From Candidatus Phycocordibacter aenigmaticus (GTDB lineage Bacteria; Patescibacteriota; Minisyncoccia; Phycocordibacterales; UBA2163): DNA of 64,000 nt. Below, piece by piece: positions 55,239 to 64,000 of the stretch; positions within the stretch are counted from its first letter, which is position 1, and the number at the start of each line of letters is the position of its first letter. Below the pieces are notes generated by a model. The model made no database searches. It saw only the letters and a program-made list of their open reading frames with translations, and was not told where the DNA came from. Position numbers and translations under genes: made by a program. Location: contig DCWL01000011.1 of assembly GCA_002327585.1 (NCBI GenBank), positions 8,746 to 72,745 on the forward strand. The letters are read 5' to 3'.

Positions 55239-56501
55239 TTAGTAGTTTTTGAGGCGAAGAGATTTTTCGTGTTTTTGGATTTTCTCAAGCGCTTTTGCCT
55301 CAATTTGGCGGATGCGCTCTCGGGTCACTCCGAATTCTCTTCCGACTTCTTCAAGCGTATGATAAATACCGTCGGAAAGACCATTTCTCATTTCAAGAAT
55401 TTTCTTTTCTTTAGGCGAGAGATCATTTAGAATTTCTTTAATCTGGTCCGCAAGAATTCTGCGGGACGTATCCTGGTCAGGAGAGGATATTTTATCGTCT
55501 GGTACAAAATCACCCAATGTCGATTTCTCATCACCGTCATCTCCTACTGGCCGTTCGAGTGAGATGGTATCCTGATTAATTTTCTGGATCTGGTAAATCT
55601 TATTAATATCCAAATCCATTTCCGCCGCAATCTCCTCGGGAAGCGGATCACGCCCCAAATCCTGCGAAAGCCGTCTGAAGACCTGTTTGTATTTTGCAAT
55701 TGTCTCAACCATATGAACCGGGATTCTGATTGTGCGTGATTGATCGGCAAGCGCTCTTGTTATTGCCTGTCTTATCCACCATGTCGCATAAGTGGAAAAT
55801 TTATATCCTTTCGTATAGTCAAACTTGTCAACCGCCTTAAAAAGACCGAGATTGCCTTCTTGTATCAGGTCAAGGAGAGTCAGGTCGGGGCTTCTTCCGA
55901 CATATCTTTTTGCAATTGAGACAACGAGCCGCAGGTTTGCTCTCGCCAAAAGATTCCTCGCCTCTTCATCGCCTTCCATAATTCTTTTGGCAAAGTCTCG
56001 TTCCTCTTTTGCGGATAAGAGTGGATATTGCCCTATCTCGCGAAGATACATCTGGATTGAATCATGTGAGGATATATCGCTCCCACGCTTGTATGTGTTT
56101 CTTTTGCCGGCTAAATCGGAGGACTTATCGTCAAGCATCCCGCCACTTTCAAGTACATCTATATTTGCTGCGCCAAATCTTTCATATAATTCTTCAAGAA
56201 AAATAATATCATCTTCTATAGCTGGAATCTCTTTGAGTATTTCATCGTAGGTTACAAACCCTCTTTGGCGTCCTTTTAAAAGAAGTTTGTTCGCTTTTCT
56301 TTCAAGCTTTTTAACTTTTTTAGTGACGGTTTTTTTAGCAGGTAATTTTTTACTTTTTGGAGTAGATTTTAAAGATTTTTTCTTTGTAGCCTTTTTGCCT
56401 TTAAGTTTTTTGTGTATAAAAAGTTTCTTGGTTTTCTTTGGCTTTTTAGAAATCTTCCTTTTCTTGATTATTTTTTTCTTTTTTGTTATTTTCTTTATCA
56501 T
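55239..56501 (-). CDS. rpoD: RNA polymerase sigma factor RpoD (sigma70) with lysine-rich N-terminal region
   Basis: Regions 1.2-4 are present: YLREIG, the region 2 segment [10 protein letters not shown](F/M)[28 protein letters not shown], and the region 4 [27 protein letters not shown]. The first roughly 75 aa are roughly 50% Lys. Confidence 0.9.
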   Translation of the reverse strand: MIKKITKKKKIIKKRKISKKPKKTKKLFIHKKLKGKKATKKKSLKSTPKSKKLPAKKTVTKKVKKLERKANKLLLKGRQRGFVTYDEILKEIPAIEDDIIFLEELYERFGAANIDVLESGGMLDDKSSDLAGKRNTYKRGSDISSHDSIQMYLREIGQYPLLSAKEERDFAKRIMEGDEEARNLLARANLRLVVSIAKRYVGRSPDLTLLDLIQEGNLGLFKAVDKFDYTKGYKFSTYATWWIRQAITRALADQSRTIRIPVHMVETIAKYKQVFRRLSQDLGRDPLPEEIAAEMDLDINKIYQIQKINQDTISLERPVGDDGDEKSTLGDFVPDDKISSPDQDTSRRILADQIKEILNDLSPKEKKILEMRNGLSDGIYHTLEEVGREFGVTRERIRQIEAKALEKIQKHEKSLRLKNY

Positions 56502-56506
56502 ATTTT

Positions 56507-58237
56507 TTATTTTCCAATATTAAGATGTAATTTATCCGAGAGTTCTTTATATCTTTTTAAGGTTTTTGATATTTTGCCTGCATTATTTTCCGCCTCCGCG
56601 GACTTCAGTTCAATTAAAATTTTGTCCCGAACTTCTTTTATATATTCCTGCTCTAGATTATGCAAGAGTTCATCTAAATCACTCTGGAGTCTCTCGGAAT
56701 TTTCATGCGCACGTTCTGCTTCAAACAACAATTTATCCGTGAAATCTTTTTTCTTCATTATTCGCAAAACTCCATCCTTTCCGACAATACGCTCAAGTTC
56801 TTTGACAGAGGATTTTACATTTACAGCTGGTTTGTCCTCGCTCTTTTGCCAGAGTAAAATGGCCGCCACCTTATTCTCTATTGAACTTATTTTAACCGGT
56901 TGAGGTTGAACTGTGATGTTTTCTTTTACCTCTTCGGATACGCTATCGGACGGAACTTTCAAGATTTCTTCCCGCACCGCATCTTCTGATATTCCGAGCC
57001 TATGTGCAAATTCTGAAATAAAATGCTCCTGGTCAATCTTATTGGCAATCTCAGCAATATAGGGAATTACTGTTTGTCCTGCTTTCAGGCGTAATTTTCT
57101 TTTATCATCTATCTCTTCGGAGAGCATATCGAGAGAGAAATCTACAATGTGTTTTGAATTTTTTATTATTTTTTTCCATTCATCCTTGTCTTTGTTTATA
57201 ACATCTGATGGATCGGCTCCCTTGGACATGTGAGCAATCTTTACATCCATTCCGGCAGAAAGCGTTAACATTGCGCTCTTTCCGGATGATGCAAATCCGG
57301 CTGAATCTGAGTCAAAAGCTAAAATCACATTCCCTGAAAGTCTCTTGAGAAGTTCAACTTGTTCTTCCGTGAGTGCTGTGCCGGAAAGGGCAACAGTATT
57401 TGTAAATCCGGCCTGATGTGATGCCAGCAAATCTATTTGCCCTTCAACGATAATTGAGAAATTCAGTTTCCGTATTGAAAACTTTGCCCTATCCAAACCG
57501 TAAAGTATTTTTGATTTTCTGAAAAGGGAAGTTTCTGGAGAATTTATGTATTTTGCTTCATTCTCTTTATCTCTAAATATTCTTCCGGAAAATGCTATTA
57601 TCCTGCCTGAATTATCAGAGATGGGAAACATAATTCTACCGCGAAATCTGTCATAATAATCTCCGCCTTTTTCAGATTTTTTTATAAGTCCGGCTTTTTC
57701 AATCTCATTTGCGCTATGCTTTTTCTTCAGATGCTCGTACAGAGTACTCCATGATGAAGGAGAATATCCGATACGCCATGCTTTTATTGTTTTATCATTA
57801 AGTCCTCTCCCGTAGAGATATTTTTTTACATCCTTTCCTTCCTCTTTATTTAAACTCTCTTCAAAGAACAACGTCGCCTCCTCTACAATGCTATAGAGGC
57901 GATCTCTCTCGTCTCTTTTTTCTTGCTTCTCGTACTCTATCTGTACGCCAGCTTTCTCGGCAAGGATTTTCAATGCACCGGAAAAATCAAGACCCTCAAA
58001 CTGCTCAACAAATGAAAAAATGTCTCCCTTTACCCCGCATCCAAAACAGTAGTAGGTGCTTCGCGAAGGAGATACAAAAAATGAAGGGGTCTTTTCATTA
58101 TGAAAGGGGCATTTTGCTTTCAAATTACTTCCCGCTTTCTGAAGTTTTATGTACTGACCAACTACATCCACTATGCCAAGTCTTTCTTTTATTTTTTCAA
58201 CGTTAGAGGGCATAATAAATTTTTGCACTTCTTCCAC
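56507..58237 (-). CDS. dnaG: DNA primase DnaG
   Basis: Zinc-binding CHC2 ([11 protein letters not shown]...CFGCG), a Toprim domain (EGQIDLL, DSDSAG), and a C-terminal helicase-interaction region. The start is ambiguous: GTG at 58237 or ATG at 58213 ([18 protein letters not shown]). Confidence 0.85.
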   Translation of the reverse strand: MEEVQKFIMPSNVEKIKERLGIVDVVGQYIKLQKAGSNLKAKCPFHNEKTPSFFVSPSRSTYYCFGCGVKGDIFSFVEQFEGLDFSGALKILAEKAGVQIEYEKQEKRDERDRLYSIVEEATLFFEESLNKEEGKDVKKYLYGRGLNDKTIKAWRIGYSPSSWSTLYEHLKKKHSANEIEKAGLIKKSEKGGDYYDRFRGRIMFPISDNSGRIIAFSGRIFRDKENEAKYINSPETSLFRKSKILYGLDRAKFSIRKLNFSIIVEGQIDLLASHQAGFTNTVALSGTALTEEQVELLKRLSGNVILAFDSDSAGFASSGKSAMLTLSAGMDVKIAHMSKGADPSDVINKDKDEWKKIIKNSKHIVDFSLDMLSEEIDDKRKLRLKAGQTVIPYIAEIANKIDQEHFISEFAHRLGISEDAVREEILKVPSDSVSEEVKENITVQPQPVKISSIENKVAAILLWQKSEDKPAVNVKSSVKELERIVGKDGVLRIMKKKDFTDKLLFEAERAHENSERLQSDLDELLHNLEQEYIKEVRDKILIELKSAEAENNAGKISKTLKRYKELSDKLHLNIGK

Positions 58238-58240
58238 GCT

Positions 58241-61200
58241 TTACTCGGACTCTTTATTTTCTTTGACCATTTCTGCTTTTGCGCTCCCCTCAAATCCGGT
58301 TCCAGCGGGAATCAGTCTTCCAATTATAACATTTTCTTTGAGTCCTATAAGTCTGTCTATACTCCCCCTAACTGCGGCATTTATGAGAATTTTCGTAGTA
58401 TTCTGAAATGATGCAGCTGAGAGGAAGCTTTTTCGTGAAAGTGACACTTCAGAAATCCCGAGCACTAGTGGATTTGCTACTGGCTGGTTCGAACCGTTCT
58501 CTTTTGCTCTTTTGAGAGCATTTGCAAATTCATGATGTTCAACAATATCTCCAACAGTGAAGTTTTCATTTGGCGACGCTTCTTTAATTTTTCTTCGTGA
58601 AAACATCTGTTTTATAATAACCTCTATATGTTTGCGTGATATGGAAGCACCCTGAAGTTCGTAAATTCTGTTAATTTCACTGATAATATAATTCTGAGTT
58701 TTCTCTCTGTCGCTGTATTTGAAAAGCTCATCTATATTTGCCGAGCCGTCAGTCAAGAAATCTCCTTTTGACACTTTGTCACCCACCTTTACAAAAGACA
58801 TTCTTCTGAAATGAACTCGATATTCCGTACTTTTTTTGGATTTAGTTCCCTTTTCCGATTTATTCGGAAGAAGGATAATCAATTTTTCTTTTTCGTGATT
58901 CTTTATCTCGGATACTGTACCATCAATATGTGCTATTAACGCCGGATTCTTCGGAGACCTTTTTTCAAATACTTCCTCCACTCTTGGAAGACCTTGTGTA
59001 ATATCTCCGCCGACTGATGCAGTACCGCCTGTATGGAAGGTTCTCATGGTAAGCTGTGTGCCGGGCTCTCCTATAGCCTGCGCTGCAACTGTCCCGACAG
59101 CTTCTCCTATCTCAATAGGATTATTCGTTGTCATATCAATACCATAACAATTCTGACAAATCCCCTGCTGTGTTTTGCATACCATCGGAGAGCGAACATT
59201 TACACTTTCAATTCCAGCATCTTCGATCTGCCTTGCCTGCTCTTCAGTCATGAAAGTTCCTTTCTTAAATAAGACATTGCCACTTACATCCTTGACATCA
59301 GTAGCCAAGATTCTTCCTTTTATATTTTTTGTAATTGAAATCTCAAGCCCTGAAGCACTTATCTTATTGATTATAACTCCATCTTTAGTACCACAATCTT
59401 TTTCAGTTATGATTGCATCTTGTGCAACATCAAAAAGTCGCCTTGTTAAGTATCCCGCCTTTGCTGTCTGAAGCGCTGTATCTGCAAGACCTTTCCTTGA
59501 GCCATGAGTTGTGATGAAATATTCAATTGGAGTAAGGCCTTCTTTCATTGAAGCAATAATAGGAAACTCAATCGTCTCTCCTTTTGTGTTCTGCATAAGC
59601 CCTACCATACCAGACATTATAGTAATCTGGCCTATAGAGCCCCGAGCGCCAGAGCGCCACATATCGTACACTGATCCATCTTTCTCTAACGTATCTGGAA
59701 TCCGGCTTTCTATTTCATTCTTGGCCCCAATCCATGTTTCTATGTTCATCCTTCTTTTTTCGTCTGCCGAAAGTAGCCCTTCATTGTATTGATCAAGTAT
59801 TTCTTTGGATTTACTCTTGGCAGATTTGATGACATCTTTTTTGTCGTCCGGAACAATTACATCATCAATGCCCCATGTAACACCAGAGTGTGTGGCATAC
59901 TGGAATCCGAATTTTTTTATCTTGTCTACAATCCCGGGGATTCGTTCAAGTCCGTAAACTTTTATAAGATCCTCGACAAGCGCTAACATGCTCTTGTTTG
60001 TAATATCATAATCAACATACGGATAGTCGCTCGGAAGGATGCTGTTGAACAGAATTCTTCCGACGGATGTTTCAAAAGGCTGTCCGCCAAATCTTTCATA
60101 CCTTGGCTTGTCCGATGGCATAATTTTTATTTTTGCACGAAAGCCGACCTGCCCGAAATCATAAGCGGTTATAGCGCTGTTTGGGTTGGAGAAAATTTTT
60201 CCTTCTCCTTTGTCGCCTGGAATAATTTTTGTCATCCAATAACAGCCCAAAACTATATCGAGCATTTTTGTTGAGATCACGGGGTCACCATTTCCGGGCT
60301 TCAGTACATTTTTATTTGCAGAAATTATGTTCTTTGCCTCCTTCTGAGCTTCCCGTGACAAGGGTACGTGAACCGCCATCATATCCCCGTCAAAATCCGC
60401 GTTAAAAGCAGGACATACAAGAGGGTGTATCTGAATAGCATTTCCCTCAATCAAAACCGGCTTAAAGCCCTGAATGCCCTGACGATGAAGTGTCGGTGCA
60501 CGGTTTAGAAGTACATATTTATCTTTAATTACCTCTTCTAAGATTGCCCATACCTCAGGAATACCATCATCAATAAGGCGCCCGGCGCCGCGTATGTTAT
60601 ACGCGAGTTCACGCTCCAAGAGTTTTGAGATGATAAAAGGCCTGAATAACTCTAGCGCCATATGCTTTGGAAGGCCGCATTCATCGAGCTTTAATTCAGG
60701 ACCGATAACAATTACGGAACGCCCCGAATAATCAACTCTCTTTCCCAATAGATTCTGCCTGAAATATCCCTGTTTCCCTCTTAGATAATCAGATATTGAT
60801 TTCAAAGGCCTCCTCTGCGACTGGCTCATCGCAGAGAAAAGCGTATTGCCGTGCCTTATTGAGTTGTCCAAAAGTGCGTCAACGGCTTCCTGCAGGATTC
60901 TTTTTTCATTTCTTAAAATAACATCAGGTGCATCAATATCCTTTAGTTTCTTAAGGCGATTATTTCTGTTTATAACCCTTCTGTACAAGTCATTGACATC
61001 GGATGTCGCATGCCGTCCGCCTTCAAGTGCTACCATAGGCCGCAGCGCTGGTGGAGTGATAGGAATCCGTGTCAAAAACATCCACTCAGGCCGTATGTCG
61101 GCAGAGGACATTCCTTTTGCAAGAGCAAGGCGTTTGTTTAGTTTTTCTCTCTTGATAGATCCAGCTTTTTCAAGCTCCGCTTCAAGTTCTGAAATCAATT

Positions 61201-61903
61201 TCTTAAGGTCGAGATTTTTAAAAATGTTGTATATCGCTTCAGCCCCTATGCCTGTTTCAAAAAGCGTTCCGTATTTTATAGCGTATTTATGATATACAAT
61301 CTCATCCAAGACGGCTCCTTCATTAATATCGTCAATCTCCTGTTTTGCGACTGTGAAAAGCCTTTTGAGCTCAGTTTTTGTTTTTTCATCATTTGCTGCT
61401 TTTGTTTTTGTTTTGTATTCAGTATTAAGCTCCTTTAAGATTTTCAATTTCTCGTCCTCAATAACTTTTGTGACAATGTATCCTGCAAAGTAAATCACCT
61501 TCTCCACATTAGCAGCAGAGATTCCAAGCAATAGACTTATCCTTGAGGGGATGCTTCGCAAAAACCAGATATGCGATACAGGAGATGAAAGTTCTATATG
61601 CCCCATCCGCTCGCGCCGCACGACTGAGCGTGTTATTTCAACGCCACATCTCTCGCATATAATTCCTCTGTACCTGATACCTCTATATTTTCCACAGTAG
61701 CATTCGTAATCTTTTTCAGGCCCAAAAATCTTCTCGTCAAAAAGGCCGTTCTTCTCAGCACGCTGTGTCCTGTAGTTGATTGTCTCAGGTTTTGTAATCT
61801 CGCCGAATGACCAGCTCAAAATCACTTCAGGTGACGCAAGTTTCAGTGATACGGTGTCAAAGTTTTCTGTATCAAATGCTTTTTTATTTGTTTTATTATA
61901 CAT
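58241..61903 (-). CDS. rpoC: DNA-directed RNA polymerase subunit beta'
   Basis: NADFDGDMMAVHVPLS catalytic motif, zinc-binding Cys near the N-terminus, full-length beta' similarity. The start is most likely MYNKTNKKAFD... at 61903, 17 nt after the rpoB stop. The track ORF extends to 61972, overlapping rpoB. Confidence 0.9.
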   Translation of the reverse strand: MYNKTNKKAFDTENFDTVSLKLASPEVILSWSFGEITKPETINYRTQRAEKNGLFDEKIFGPEKDYECYCGKYRGIRYRGIICERCGVEITRSVVRRERMGHIELSSPVSHIWFLRSIPSRISLLLGISAANVEKVIYFAGYIVTKVIEDEKLKILKELNTEYKTKTKAANDEKTKTELKRLFTVAKQEIDDINEGAVLDEIVYHKYAIKYGTLFETGIGAEAIYNIFKNLDLKKLISELEAELEKAGSIKREKLNKRLALAKGMSSADIRPEWMFLTRIPITPPALRPMVALEGGRHATSDVNDLYRRVINRNNRLKKLKDIDAPDVILRNEKRILQEAVDALLDNSIRHGNTLFSAMSQSQRRPLKSISDYLRGKQGYFRQNLLGKRVDYSGRSVIVIGPELKLDECGLPKHMALELFRPFIISKLLERELAYNIRGAGRLIDDGIPEVWAILEEVIKDKYVLLNRAPTLHRQGIQGFKPVLIEGNAIQIHPLVCPAFNADFDGDMMAVHVPLSREAQKEAKNIISANKNVLKPGNGDPVISTKMLDIVLGCYWMTKIIPGDKGEGKIFSNPNSAITAYDFGQVGFRAKIKIMPSDKPRYERFGGQPFETSVGRILFNSILPSDYPYVDYDITNKSMLALVEDLIKVYGLERIPGIVDKIKKFGFQYATHSGVTWGIDDVIVPDDKKDVIKSAKSKSKEILDQYNEGLLSADEKRRMNIETWIGAKNEIESRIPDTLEKDGSVYDMWRSGARGSIGQITIMSGMVGLMQNTKGETIEFPIIASMKEGLTPIEYFITTHGSRKGLADTALQTAKAGYLTRRLFDVAQDAIITEKDCGTKDGVIINKISASGLEISITKNIKGRILATDVKDVSGNVLFKKGTFMTEEQARQIEDAGIESVNVRSPMVCKTQQGICQNCYGIDMTTNNPIEIGEAVGTVAAQAIGEPGTQLTMRTFHTGGTASVGGDITQGLPRVEEVFEKRSPKNPALIAHIDGTVSEIKNHEKEKLIILLPNKSEKGTKSKKSTEYRVHFRRMSFVKVGDKVSKGDFLTDGSANIDELFKYSDREKTQNYIISEINRIYELQGASISRKHIEVIIKQMFSRRKIKEASPNENFTVGDIVEHHEFANALKRAKENGSNQPVANPLVLGISEVSLSRKSFLSAASFQNTTKILINAAVRGSIDRLIGLKENVIIGRLIPAGTGFEGSAKAEMVKENKESE

Positions 61904-61919
61904 AAAATATGAATTATGA

Positions 61920-64000
61920 TTACTTAAGCTGAACATCAAGCGACAGTCCTCTGAGATTATTGAGAAGTACATTGAAGGATGCTGGCGTATGAGGATGTTT
62001 GATTTTCTCTCCTTTGACCACAGCGTCGAATGTTTCAGACCGTCCGAGTATATCGTCTGACTTTACGGTGAGCATCTCCCGAAGCGTGTAAGCCGCGCCG
62101 TATCCGAGAAGCGCCCACACTTCCATCTCTCCGAATCTCTGTCCCCCTGACTGCGCCTTTCCTCCAAGTGGCTGTTGTGTGATAAGAGAGTACGGACCGA
62201 TTGAACGCATATGTATCTTGTCCTCAACCATGTGGTGAAGCTTCATTATATACATGTATCCCACAGAAACATCCTGATCGAACTGCTCTCCTGTCCTGCC
62301 GTTATAAAGTGGCATCTTACCGTTCTCGGGAAATCCCGCTTTTTTCAACTCCTCCTTTATCTCCTTCTCATCAGCGCCGGCAAATGAGGGAACAATTGCC
62401 TGATATCCCAGTGTGTTCGCCGCAAGCCCGAGATGGAGCTCGAGTATCTGCCCCAAGTTCATGCGCGAAGGAACCCCAAGCGGCGTTAGGATAATATCTA
62501 CAGGCTCGCCGTCTTTTGTGTAGGGCATGTCTTCTTCAGGCAGAATTTTTGATATGACTCCCTTATTGCCGTGGCGTCCCGCAAGCTTATCTCCTACTGA
62601 TACATTCCGCAACTGCGCCACGGTAATGTGAATTCTTTCTATAACGCCCGATTCAAGAGTATCTCCTTTTTCCCGCGAGAATATTTTTACTCCGATTACT
62701 CTTCCGCGCTTTCCGCCTTCAAGACGAAGTGATGTGTCTTTTACATCTTTTGCCTTCTCGCCGAAAATGGAGCGCAGGAGTCGCTCTTCGGGAGTAAGCT
62801 GTGATTCCCCTTTGGGAGTGACTTTGCCAACAAGAATATCGCCCTGCCTTACTTCAGCACCAATCCGCACAATTCCGTCTTCATCAAGGTTTTTAAGCTT
62901 TACTTCTCCTACATTGGGAATATCATGAGTTGTCAGCTCAGGGCCGAGTTTTGTATCACGAACATTTACTTCAAATTCATCTATTCTGATGCTTGTGAAT
63001 TTGCTGTTCTTGACCAGCCGTTCAGAGAGAATAATGGCGTCCTCGTAATTCGCACCAAACCAAGACATAAATGCTACGCGCACATTCTGCCCGAGAGCCA
63101 TCTGGCCACCAGCGCTTGATGAAGTATCCGCAAGCAGGTCTCCCTTTTTCACCTTGTCTCCAATCGATACGGCAGGTCTTTGGTGAAATGCGGAGAAATT
63201 ATTCGTCTTTGTAAAGTTTATAAGATTATATTCTATTTTCTCTCCTTTACTGTTTTCAATGATTATCTTTTTAGCGTCAACCTTTTTAACTTCCCCGTCT
63301 GTCTTTGAGATTACGACACGCCCAGTGTCGCGGGCAGCACCTTCTTCAATGCCAGTTGCCACAAGTGGCGTCTCCGGCACAATAGAAGGAGTCGCTTGCT
63401 TCTGCATATTAGAGCCCATCAGTGCCCTATTTCCGTTGTTGTGCTCAAGAAAAGGAATCATTGAAGTCGCGGCGGAAAATGCCTGATTTGTGGCAACATC
63501 AATAAAATCAACTTCCTTTTTCTCCACAAGATTAGGCTCTCCTTTCCTGCGCACTTCCACGAAATCTTCAACTATATCGTTTTTATCGTTACATTTTGTG
63601 GCAGCATGCGCTATATTGTACTGCTCTTCTTGATGAGCATTTAAATATATAATTTCATCTGAAATTTTACCGTCTTCAACCTTTGCATACGGAGTCTCAA
63701 TCATGCCAAATTCACTGATGCGCGCATATGTGGCAAGTCGAAGTATCAGCCCAATGTTGGGGCCCTCAGGAGTGTGGATAGGGCAAAGCCGTCCGTAGTG
63801 GGTCGGATGAACGTCACGCACTTCAAAACCGGCGCGCTTGCGATCAAGCCCTCCGGGACCGAGCGCCGAGAGAGTTCTCAAATCCTCAAGCTCTCCCAAG
63901 ATATTCTGTTGCTCCATAAATTTTGAGAGTTGGCTCGTCGTAAAAAATTCTTTGATGCTCGCCTGAAGCGGGCGGGGATTTATAAACTGGATAGGAAGGG
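61920..64000 (-). CDS. rpoB: DNA-directed RNA polymerase subunit beta, C-terminal roughly two thirds; 5' end beyond window
   Basis: The frame is open to the window edge: ...SQLSKFMEQQNILGELEDLRTLSALGPGGL ... HPTHYGRLCPIHTPEGPNIGLI. It continues through the C-terminal conserved regions and stops at 61920. Confidence 0.9.
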   Translation of the reverse strand, partial: LPIQFINPRPLQASIKEFFTTSQLSKFMEQQNILGELEDLRTLSALGPGGLDRKRAGFEVRDVHPTHYGRLCPIHTPEGPNIGLILRLATYARISEFGMIETPYAKVEDGKISDEIIYLNAHQEEQYNIAHAATKCNDKNDIVEDFVEVRRKGEPNLVEKKEVDFIDVATNQAFSAATSMIPFLEHNNGNRALMGSNMQKQATPSIVPETPLVATGIEEGAARDTGRVVISKTDGEVKKVDAKKIIIENSKGEKIEYNLINFTKTNNFSAFHQRPAVSIGDKVKKGDLLADTSSSAGGQMALGQNVRVAFMSWFGANYEDAIILSERLVKNSKFTSIRIDEFEVNVRDTKLGPELTTHDIPNVGEVKLKNLDEDGIVRIGAEVRQGDILVGKVTPKGESQLTPEERLLRSIFGEKAKDVKDTSLRLEGGKRGRVIGVKIFSREKGDTLESGVIERIHITVAQLRNVSVGDKLAGRHGNKGVISKILPEEDMPYTKDGEPVDIILTPLGVPSRMNLGQILELHLGLAANTLGYQAIVPSFAGADEKEIKEELKKAGFPENGKMPLYNGRTGEQFDQDVSVGYMYIMKLHHMVEDKIHMRSIGPYSLITQQPLGGKAQSGGQRFGEMEVWALLGYGAAYTLREMLTVKSDDILGRSETFDAVVKGEKIKHPHTPASFNVLLNNLRGLSLDVQLK

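Noticed and set aside
61903-61972. 52-nt overlap between the rpoB 3' end and rpoC as implied by the ORF track
   Set aside because: The conserved beta' N-terminus (...FD..SLKLASPEVILSWSFGEI) begins well after the internal Met at 61903, which gives a normal 17-nt rpoB-rpoC spacer. The upstream 24 codons are most likely not translated.
1-64000. CRISPR arrays, transposases, integrases, prophage structural genes, restriction-modification or toxin-antitoxin pairs
   Set aside because: No direct-repeat/spacer arrays were seen. The only tandem repeats are in-frame coding repeats in rpsP and the dsbA-like gene. No protein has recombinase, transposase, capsid or terminase signatures, and no small adjacent overlapping gene pairs typical of TA modules were seen.

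Overview
The window looks like a small-genome, low-GC bacterium, probably Patescibacteria/CPR-like (inference, see below), and is dominated by housekeeping genes. It has AT-rich intergenic regions, almost all genes on the minus strand up to about 39 kb, then a mixed-strand block. No rRNA, CRISPR array, transposase or integrase was seen.

The CPR-like call rests on reduced proteins (class I LysRS, AlaRS without C-Ala domain, short DnaX), lysine/acidic low-complexity tails on DnaK, S16, RpoD and DsbA, and scrambled operon order.

Identified by reading the six-frame translations:
- grpE-dnaK-dnaJ (dnaJ runs off the 5' window edge)
- a ribosomal/alpha operon: infA-rpmJ-rpsM-rpsK-rpsD-rpoA-rplQ-rplM-rpsI
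- a partial dcw cluster: mraZ-rsmH-ftsL-ftsI-murF
- class I lysyl-tRNA synthetase, UDG family 4, pcm, a Cas4-like PD-(D/E)XK nuclease
- one long minus-strand operon: frr-rseP-proS-mreB-mreC-mreD-mrdA-greA-M16 peptidase-small membrane protein-alaS-FtsA-like ATPase-membrane protein
- holB, dnaX, ftsQ, serS, dprA, topA, a short RelA/SpoT homolog, orphan parB, peroxiredoxin, miaA
- rpsP-(secreted 2-TM protein)-rpmG-tRNA-Trp
- rnr, hisS, a DEDD exonuclease, a DsbA-like protein, a phage Mu Gam-like protein, rpoD, dnaG, rpoC, and rpoB (5' part beyond the 3' window edge)
- four tRNAs: Glu-CUC, Gln-UUG, Leu-CAA, Trp-CCA

Most worth a second look:
1. A standalone Mu Gam/Ku-like gene with a near-consensus promoter, strong RBS and terminator.
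2. A tRNA-Glu-flanked islet of non-core genes.
3. GTGGG direct repeats upstream of mraZ.
4. A VirB2/TrbC-topology protein embedded among ribosomal protein genes.
5. A degenerate Nudix protein inserted between dprA and topA.

All homology statements come from reading the translations; none has been confirmed by database search. Coordinates of features I derived by hand (tRNAs, promoters, terminators) may be off by 1-2 nt.
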